Source: Emiliania huxleyi CCMP1516
Taxonomy: Eukaryota
DNA: 20,000 bases
Assembly: GCF_000372725.1 (NCBI RefSeq)
Contig: NW_005202113.1
Coordinates: forward strand, 433,125-453,124
Direction: 5' to 3'
In this document: positions 1-8,261 of the stretch, piece by piece
How the letters are laid out: the number at the start of each line of letters is the position of its first letter
How positions within the stretch are numbered: position 1 is the stretch's first letter
Translations under genes and position numbers: made by a program
Notes under the pieces: model-generated
Seen by the model: only the letters and a program-made list of their open reading frames with translations
Database searches by the model: none
What the model was told of the DNA's origin: nothing

Positions 1-259
1 CTTTGCGAGAATCGTCTGAGATTCCTCTGGCGGCAGCGGCAGTTGGCTGTGGCCGAGCAAGGCGCGACACACACGCGCTTCGCCCGAGGGGCGGCCGATT
101 TCTTTTTTGGTGTTTTGCCAAAGAGAGCCAGTCCATGCCCAGTGTTGTGCGAGGGAGTTTGGTTGTAAAATTCTTTTTTGGCAGTTCTCGCATCACCTAA
201 CGAGCAAAATTCCTCCCAGACCCGTTCGTTGTACGTCGAAGTTCCCTGCAGGTTCCGTC

Positions 260-707
260 TTGGCCTGTCCGAGGGTTTCCTCTCGCACCCTACCTGGTTT
301 CCTTTCCGTGTTTCCTGCTCGTTTCCCTACAACACCCTCTAGTTTCCTCGGGAAACCCCGGGGAAACTCCGTGGAATTCGTCATTTTGGGGGGGCTCTGA
401 GCCGTGTCTGAGGCTGTTTTGGGGCCAAAATCGGCAAAATACCGGGTATTTTGCGGGTATACCTGGAAAACCCCGGTATACCTGGAAAATACCTGGGTAT
501 CGTGCCGATTTCCTCAATTTTGCCCCAGATTTTGCCCCAGACCAGCTCTCAGACTCAGGGAAACTCGCGAGTTTCCCGAGGGAAACTCGAGAGAAACAGA
601 ATGGAGCACCAAACACCCTCTGGTTTCCCTGGAAACTTCCGGAAACGCAAAGTGCTGGGGACCCTCTGGTTTCCCTCTGGGTTGCCGGAAACCCTCGGAC
701 AGGCCAA
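260..707. mobile_element. Non-autonomous TIR DNA transposon (MITE, hAT-like), 448 bp
   Basis: Perfect 21-bp TIR: TTGGCCTGTCCGAGGGTTTCC (260-280) and GGAAACCCTCGGACAGGCCAA (687-707). Perfect 8-bp flanking duplication GTTCCGTC at 252-259 and 708-715. Interior is rich in GGAAAC/GTTTCC motifs with no credible ORF. An 8-bp TSD is typical of hAT (also P) elements. Confidence 0.9.
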
Positions 708-818
708 GTTCCGTCCCTTGGTGGGATGAAAGCAGAAAGAAAGGGGGGTCCGCCGCACAAGCCGGCTCCGCCGCTCACGGGGTTTTGCCCTCTCCTGAGT
801 TACCCTAGCCGTCCCAAC

Positions 819-2212
819 CTACCGGAGGGGCGGCGGGTCGTCGTCGCCGTCGAGCGCGGGCACGTCGTCCTCGACGACGTCGAAGCTGCACTCGAAGGCG
901 AGGTCCACCCCGGTCACCGACGTCGAGAGCACGTGCACCGCGAGGCGGTACGTCCCCGCCTTGTCCGGCGCCGTGAAGCCGCACTCCTGCGACGGCTCGA
1001 CCGTCTGCGCGTTCAGGTCTTTGACGACCATCGGCTGCGCCGAGAGCAACGAGTTCGGCGTCTTTGGCTCGTCCTTGAGCCCCTCGACGTACAGCCTACA
1101 GCGAGACGGCTCCGGCACGGCTCCGGACTAGGCTCTCCGAGCAGGCGGCGGGCGCGGCCTACGTCGGCGTTGCCAATACGCCTCGTAGATGCCGTCTTGA
1201 CTGCTGGCCGGCGGCGGCTCGTCGCCGTCGATGCCAGCATGGTGCCGCAGCAGCGCAACCTTGACACGGAGCTGAGGCGCGCGGGGCGGAGCGGCGTGAG
1301 CGGCGGGAGGCGGCGGGCGTACAGGCGCCGCAAGCAGGGGGAGGAACGGGTGGAGGCGGCAGGGCGGCGGCAGAGGCGGCGGCGGATGGAGGGGCAGCGG
1401 AGCGCGAGGGGCCGGGACAAACCTGCGCTCCCGCCATCACCTCCTTGGGCTCGCAAAACGCCTCGAGGCGCAGCTTTGGGCGGCGGAGGCCCTCATTCTT
1501 GAGGATCTTCGCCATCAGCACCTGCGCCTCGAGCTCGTCGGGCGACCTACAGGAAGGTTCCAGGAAGGTTCCAGGAAGAGCTCCTCTCCACATCCACCGC
1601 GAGCGCGTCGTGCTGCCAGAGCTGGTTCGCGATGAGCGCCGAGGTGCGCGCGACCGCGAGGATGGCGTGCACCCACCGGTACTGCGGCAGGTACATCTGC
1701 GCCTATCGCAGACAGCATCCGAGAAGCTTTAGCGGCGGCACGAGGCGGGGGTTGCAGCGCGCGGCAGCAGCATCCGGCGCCTGCACGAGCAGTTTGGTCG
1801 CCAGCTGCACCGCGACCGAGGCGTGCTGCGCGGTCGGACCGTCCAGATCCGCGTCCTTCTCCTTCAGCGCCGCCCGCTGCCGGTTGATCTGCCACAGCAT
1901 CGCGATGGCGTGGTTGCGCGCGGCGCCGCTCGCTTTGTCCACCCAGTCCATGTCAACCTTCTCCGCACGCATCGCCTCCTCCAGCTCGCTGATCTTGGAA
2001 GGCACGTCCGCAGGGATGATCCGGCACATGCACGGCGCGGTCGCCAGCGCGAGCAGCACTTCGTTGACCGGGATCGTCCTGTTCGGGTCCTCTGGAAGCG
2101 GCTTGAGCGCCTCGCTCATGTGAGTCACGTCCTCCATCGCCTTCTTCATATGGTCCTCCGAGGGCATCTTCATGCCCGGCGGGAGGTGCTGGGCCATCTG
2201 CGAGAGGTCCAT
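819..2212 (-). CDS. Sec63/Brl-domain-like protein, about 5 exons, with no J-domain or TM segments seen
   Basis: ATG at 2212 (MDLSQMAQ...). The spliced C-terminus ...LRVKVALLR...IYEAYW|LYVEG...NSLLSAQP...FTAPDKAGTYRLAVHVLSTSVTGVDLAFECSFDVVEDD resembles the Ig-like C-terminal subdomain of Sec63/Brr2. Introns near 1703-1780, 1548-1616, 1273-1422 and 1097-1171 keep the frame (3 GC-AG, 1 GT-AG). TAG at 819-821. Confidence 0.65.
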
Positions 2213-4151
2213 CCTGAGTCGACTGGGACAGCGAGCTCGTCTCGGAATGGCTGCGACAAAAGAATCCATGCACCTTCTTCCCTTGGGTTGTCCGTTTTCT
2301 TTCTTTCTTTCTTTTCTTTCTTTCTTTTTTTATTGAGAAGGAAATACCTCCTTGCACCTTCTATAGCCTCATCTCACATCTGGCCGGGTGTGGCAAGGTT
2401 GAGTTTCTGTGACTGTGTTTCTATGGGCGTACACCGTTAGTTTATTCCAGCCTGCGCCGTCATCTTCCCTACTCCTGTGGCCCGCCCGCGTCCACTCACA
2501 CCGCGCTGGTGACTGTCGCTGTGGTGTCCTGTCCGAACTGGAACCTTCGATACACACAAATTGTATCATACATACATTTAAACATACGGACTAAGGTAAG
2601 GTCACCGTCATCTACAAGGTGTGGAACGAGGCGAAGAACAGAGATGTCTCTGGGCGAGATGGTCGCTTTGCTGACTGCTCTCGTCAGTGAGCCGGCAGCG
2701 GCAGCGGCAGCGGCGGCAGCCGTGGATTGAGGCCGATCTTGGCAGTAGCTTCGAGTCTGGGCTTCCTCGGCGGGATGAGGGATCCCGATGGCGGCATCGC
2801 TCGACAAACCACATGACATTGAGAACCATCTTTGCGCGCATCACCATCACCATCAGCCATCACGTTTTCACGTTCCTCGAGTCACGTTCCACGACCCGGG
2901 ATGCGGGCTCCGGGGTGGTTTTGCGAGTAGATCATTCTCGTCCGTAAAGCCGTAGGCGTAGCGGGTTGTGGCGTCGAAGAGTAAGGGGGGAGCGAAACAC
3001 CGGAGCTAAGTGTGTGTGTACGGATAGGGCTGTCAAACGTTAAGAGCTGAACAGTGTTGCTAGTGTTAACAGTAACAACAGAACAACAGTGTGGGGCTCC
3101 CCAACAACAGTAGCTAACGTTAGGCCGGCTGAACAACAATACCAACGAGAGCTAGGGAGCGCGAACAACACTTGCGCCTGCCCCAGCCACTAGCAGATAG
3201 CAGATACAGCCCACAGGCCACAGGCCACAGCTCAAAATTTGCTTCGGCTCGCTGCGCTCGCGTGGCTCCGGCGGACGGAACGCCGCCACATCGTACCCGC
3301 TCAGAGACCCGAGATCATAGTCTGAGGTTATCCTAAAAGTTCGGCCGATTTGGGTCAAAACGCTAAAAGCACGGCTAGCCGTAGATTTGGGGCAAAACGA
3401 CAAAAGTGGGCCCGCCCGGGGCAAAATGGTAAAAGTCGCGCCGCCGCAGGCGCGCGAAAATTTTGGACATTATACTCTCCGGCGAATGCCACTAGCCCCC
3501 CCAAGCCGGCAGATGGTACCTCGGCAGCTGCAACCAAGCCAGCGGGTGAAGTGTTGTGGGAGGATGCGTCCTTATGTGTCACAAACTTGTAGCGCTACAT
3601 GTTTGGACACACACCGGCGGGCGCTTTCGAGGGGCGAGCGGCAGCATTTTTTTAGCCATAGTGTGCGGGAACTACTTTGCCGTTGCGGGACGATAGGGAT
3701 AGCTAGTACTTGCTGCACCCGCGGCGCGCAGCGCCGAAGAAATTTTTGAAACATGCTAAAAGTTGGGCGCTCCGAGACGACCAAAGTGGTAAAAGTCGCA
3801 CTCTCCCCTGACCCAATCAAAAGCGTAAAAGCACCCGAGGCTCCAGCAGAAACCTAACCCTCAGACTATGCCCGAGATGATCTCCGATGGCTCCCGGTAA
3901 CCGTCTACGAGGGGCGGGCGTGGAGCAAGTGGGTCCGCCCTTGCACGAGAGCACGACGGTGGTACGAGAAACCCCAACCTAGAGCACTCGAGCTGTGATG
4001 CGGCTCAGTCCACGATCACGAGCTGATCGTCCTCGGCCACGAGTTCACAATGAAGTGCACAATGAACTCGGCGATCCTCTGCACGTTGCGCAGAAAGGCT
4101 GTGCGGTCCACGCGGCGGCAAACAATGTAATCTCTGATGCTCTGCACATGC

Positions 4152-4645
4152 TCATTCGTCAATGCCCTCCTCACACTCGGCAATTGCCGCATCTGCAGCC
4201 CCCTGCTCCATATCCCGATACTTCTTGAGTGCTCGGTTTAGCGGCGCCTTGCCGCCGCACTTCTCGTACAGCTCCTCGAGCTCGACCCAGCGTGTGTCGG
4301 TGAAGCCTGTGTCGTGCTGGTCCTCTTTGAAAGTGCCGCGCGTGAGGTAACAAATTGTCTTGTCGGCAGCAGCCAGCTTATTGCGCCGCTTCTTTGCAAT
4401 GAGCTGCTCGGGATCACAGCAGCCGAGCAGCGCGGCATGCCGAGCACCGCCTCAATCTTGTAGCAGAATGTCGGCGCGACTGCGTCGTCCGCACCGCCGT
4501 CTGCAAGCCGCGCGCGGCGCTGCGCCGCAGCCACCTTCTGGCACGCGTAGCGGCAACAGATGGTGCGGTGTGCGTACTTGAGCACCCGGTGCGCACCGCA
4601 GTTGGCGCAGGAGCCCCTTGGGCGGGAGTAGGGCGTGCGCGGCAT
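4152..4645 (-). pseudogene. Frameshifted transposon cargo ORF: Cys cluster (possible Zn finger) plus chromodomain-like region
   Basis: MPRTPYSRPRGSCANCG...TICCRYACQK...FCYKIEAVLG, then in a shifted frame CCDPEQLIAKKRRNKLAAADKTICYLTRGTFKEDQHDTGFTDTRWVELEELYEKCGGKAPLNRALKKYRD...GIDE*. The frameshift coincides with an 8-bp direct repeat (4422-4429 and 4439-4446); removing 17 nt restores the frame. Confidence 0.5.
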
Positions 4646-4658
4646 GTGTGGCGCGGCG

Positions 4659-4712
4659 CGGGTAAAACCCGGGTATACCTGAAACGTTTCGGGTATACCC
4701 GGGTTTTACCCG
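4659..4712. repeat. 54-bp near-perfect palindrome
   Basis: CGGGTAAAACCCGGGTATACCTGAAAC|GTTTCGGGTATACCCGGGTTTTACCCG, with a single mismatch (4680/4691). Confidence 0.9.
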
Positions 4713-5000
4713 GGGTGCTCAACGTTAACAACAGGAGCGGCGCTTGAACAACAGTAACAATAACAGAAGCGGGGCCCGGCCAACAATAAACAACGTTGGT
4801 GATTTCAGCCAACAGCAACACTAGCGCAACTGTTAGGCCCCAAATTAACGTTTGACAGCCCTATGTACGGAACCTGTGCATCGTCAAAGCGCCTGGATTT
4901 TTATTCGTGTCGTAAGGGGCGTTACCTGATACCTCGTGTCGTAGGCGCGTCTCCACGTTACCTTCTTTCTACGGAGGACCCCAGTGCAGTCACTGTGTGA

Positions 5001-8000
5001 TCAGAGCTCCTCCTTCCCCCCGCCACCCGCGGCGCCTCCCTCTGCGCCCGCGCCGCACCCCTCCTGCTGGAACATGTCCGCGAGGGCCGAGAGCCCCTGG
5101 CCCTGGCCGCTCGCCGACGCGGCGTACCAGAGGTTGACCGCGAGGTTTCGCCTCGCGCCCCGGGAGGTCGAAATGACGGCGTGGTGCCAGCCGCGCGGCA
5201 GGAAGAGTGCGTCGCCCCTCCGCACCTCGCAGAGGGAGGGCGACGCCCTTGCGACGGCGGGGTGCGTGCTCGCCACGTCGTCCGCAAAGACGTTGAGCTT
5301 GGCGACGTTGTGCCGCACCTGAATGAATGAGGGACTCCATTTACACAGTCATGCATTCGTCCATAGCTTGGCGACGTTGTGCCGCACCTTGTCGAAAGTG
5401 GTCTCGTTGGTCACGCCGCCGGCCTACGCGCTGTGAGCACACCAACCTCGGGGCGGGAAGAGCGGCCTCGTGCGGCGTATTCAGAGCACCGCGTGAGCAC
5501 GAGGGTACGAATACAGCGAATACAGCGGAAGACGTGTCCTCACGAGCGCTAGTTGGAGTACAAGAATACGTGTCCTTCCGCGTCTAGTGCCGCCGGCCGC
5601 GAGGTCGAAGCCGTGCCTATACCCGTTGTTTAATTAGTGAGTCACGCAGTTCGATTAGTTCGACCTCGCCGCGAGGTCGAAGCCGTGCCTCCGGATGGTG
5701 GCGGCGCCGTAGTAGAGGTGCTTCGCGTCGGCGGGCGGGAAGAGCAGCGCGCGCTTCGTGCCGCGGAGCTGGTAGAGTAGGATATCGTACAGGTCAGAGT
5801 ATTATTAGTACTATTATCATCATTACTATCTCCACCTGGTAGAGCAGGTTGTCGTACAGGTCAAAGTGGAGCCCGTTCTTCATGAGCGCGCCGCCCACCC
5901 ACAAGTTGGCGATGGAGAGCGACGAGGGCGGCAGCGCGGTAGAGAGGCAGACCCCGCGCAGCAGCGGCGGGAGGCGGAGCAGGTTGAGCTGCGCGAGGTA
6001 CGCCTCGAATGGGACCGCCTCCGCCGCCTACAGACACCAGGGCGGGCTCCAAACGGGCCCCGCAAGGGCGCGATCGAGGCAAACCCGCCTCCGCCGCCTC
6101 GCCAGTCAGCTTGAGGAAGTCGGCCACGTACACGGAGCAGCGCGCCGGCTCCACGAGCGCGTCGGCGGCGGCGTCGAGGGTGGGGTGGGTGGTGGTGGGC
6201 ATCGCCTAGAAGGCTCCTAGAAGGCTCCTAGAAAGGCTCCTAGAAGGCTCCTAGAGGGGGGGGGGGTTGGGCATCGCCATCATCTCGACGAGCGTCTCGC
6301 CCACCGCGGCTGCGATGGCGGCGTCGTCCCACGCGTTCGCCGCCCAGCCGGCGGTCGCGTTCCGCAGCAGCAGAGGCCCGCCGGTGAGCAGCGCCTGAGG
6401 AAGGTTCCGGGGAAGCTCGGGGAAGGGTCCGAGCAGGTGCCAACGCCCCGAACACGAGCACGGCGCCTCTGGCCCCGCCGCCAGCACAGCCTCGAGCGTC
6501 GACTCGGAGCAGCGCGGCGCCTCCTCGAAGATGGGCGGGTACCTCGCCTCCGCACCCACCTCCACACCCACCTCCGCACCCGCCCCCGCCAGCCTCGACT
6601 CGCCGAGCCTTGCGGAGTCTCCTCCGCCGCCGCCTCCGCCGCCGCCGCCGCCTCCGCCTCCGCCGCCGCCGCCTCCGCCTCCGCCGCCGCCGCCGCCGCC
6701 GCCTCCTCCGCCGCCCACCTCGGCCGCCCTGCCCGCCGACTTGCGCTGCGCTAGCCAGTCGCGCAGCGCAGTCGCGGAGCTGACCGCCGCCTAGAAGGTT
6801 CCTAGACGGCTCCTGGAAGGTCCTGGAAGGCTCCTAGAGGGCGGAGCTGACCGCCGCCTCGTCCGCCGTGGAGGCGGCGGCGAAGGCCTCCGCGGCGGCG
6901 GCGGGGTCGGAGGCCTTGAGCGCCGAGGCGAGGCCCGCCAGCGCGTTCGCTTGCTTCGGGTTGTGCTGCAGCGCCTCGCGAAAGGCGGCGGCGGCGGCGG
7001 CGGTGTCGCCGGCAGAGCGCAGGGAGAAGCCGAGGGCGGCGTGCGTGGCCTGCAGGGAGACGCCCATGACATGTCCGGGACATGTCCGCACCTCAGCCAT
7101 GTCTCTGCGCACGTCGCCCGCCGCGTCGGTCGGGTCGAGGGCGAGGGCCGCTCGCAGGGCCGCCGCCGCCTCGCCGTGCCTGCCGGACACGCCAAAGACA
7201 CGTCACGTCTTCGAGCTCCGCCGCCGCCACCGCCGCGTCGGTCGGTTTTTGGTCTGTCGTCTGTCGGTGTCTGTCGGTGTGTCTGTCGGTGTGGCGGTCT
7301 GTCGGTCTCTAAGAGACCCAAGGAGCAAGAGACGCTGGCCCGGCGCCTGCTCGCCGCATCGAGCGCGAGGCCGAGGTTGGAGTGGGCCGCCGCCCGCCGC
7401 GGCGAGAGCGCGATGGTCGCCTGGTAGGCCGCAACCGCCTCCTCGCTCCTCCCGAGGGAGGCGAGCGCGTTGGCGCGGTTGTACGTCGCGTCCGCGTCCG
7501 CCTAGTACCATGCCTCCAGAGTATCGAATCCAGTGTGGGTTCAGGTCTTCCGGTGGTGGTGTCCGCGTCGGCCGGGTTGAGCTCGAGCGCCGCGGCAAAG
7601 GCGTCGGCGGCGCCGGCGTGGTCGCCGCCCATCGCGAGCGCGTTGCCTCGCCCAAAGTGCGACTCGAAGTCGCGCGGGTTTAGCCTGACGGCGGCGGCAA
7701 ACGCGTCCGCCGCCTCGGCGTGCCTCGCGGCCTTGTGCAGAGCAACGCCGCGGTTGTGGTGCGCGTCGGCGTTGGCCGGGTAAGCCTTCAGCACGCGGTC
7801 AAACATGCCGAGCGCCTCGTCGAGCCGCCCGAGGCCCTGCAGCGAGAGGCCGAGGTTGGTCGCCACCGCGAGCTGCTGCGCAGCGGGCACGGCGCCGGTG
7901 GCAATCGCAGCCTCGTAGGACTCGATCGCCTCGCTCCATTTTCCAGCCGCCTGGAAGCTCGAGCCGCGCTGCGCGAGAGAGACCCACTCGGGCGCAGTCT

Positions 8001-8076
8001 GCTGCGCAGCGGCGGAAGCGAGAATCGAAAACAGGAGGGCGCCGGAGCAGCCCGCGGGCCACATGTCGACTCTCAT
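5001..8076 (-). CDS. Signal peptide + TPR repeats + JmjC (cupin_8/FIH-like) 2-oxoglutarate/Fe(II) hydroxylase with C-terminal KEEL; multi-exon (about 12)
   Basis: N-terminus MRVDMWPAGCSGALLFSILASAAAQ (start 8076 or 8064). Many TPR motifs (e.g. NADAHHNRGVALHKAARHAEAADAFAAAVRLNP). JmjC core NLWVGGALMKNGLHFDLYDNLLYQ|LRGTKRALLFPP ... GDALFLPRGWHHAV...NLAVNLWY with the HxD...H triad intact. Ends GGKEEL* (TGA 5001-5003). Structure around the poly-Gly tract (6600-6718) is uncertain. Confidence 0.82.
6619..6716. repeat. (CCG/CCT)n trinucleotide tract; poly-Gly in frame on the - strand, or intronic
   Basis: About 33 consecutive CCN triplets. Confidence 0.9.
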
Positions 8077-8261
8077 CGAAGCTGGTCGCGAGAGGTGGGA
8101 TGAGAGACGCGAAAAAAAGACGGCTTGATGAATAAAGAAGAAAAAGAAACAAGAAAAAGAAACAGTACTGGAGCTTGCCGCGACCATTCTGGTCGCCGCG
8201 TGCTGCCCGTCTGTCTCGCCGCACGGCTCTTCCTATTCGCCGGCACAGAGCGCGGAATTGG
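8077..8261. promoter_or_regulatory. Putative bidirectional promoter between the divergent TPR-JmjC and SHMT genes
   Basis: 185-bp head-to-head spacer with an A-rich tract (about 8111-8163) in otherwise very GC-rich DNA. Inferred from gene geometry only. Confidence 0.5.

Larger units (their letters stand above)
3025..4863. mobile_element. Non-autonomous hAT-type DNA transposon, 1839 bp
   Basis: Perfect 19-bp TIR: TAGGGCTGTCAAACGTTAA (3025-3043) and TTAACGTTTGACAGCCCTA (4845-4863). Perfect 8-bp TSD TGTACGGA at 3017-3024 and 4864-4871. The TAGGG terminus is typical of hAT. AACA-rich subterminal repeats at both ends. No transposase ORF recognised. Confidence 0.93.

Noticed and set aside
726..1502. 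258-aa + strand ORF and many similar long Arg/Ala/Pro-rich ORFs (e.g. 15711-16784 -, 17391-18449 -, 8073-8897 -)
   Set aside because: Antisense or off-frame shadows of real genes in high-GC DNA, with no recognisable motifs.
2496..2950. Short ORFs around a (GCAGCG)n tract
   Set aside because: No motif support, and no consistent splice model links them to neighbouring genes.
3025..4863. Autonomous transposon
   Set aside because: No ORF is long enough for, or resembles, a hAT transposase.
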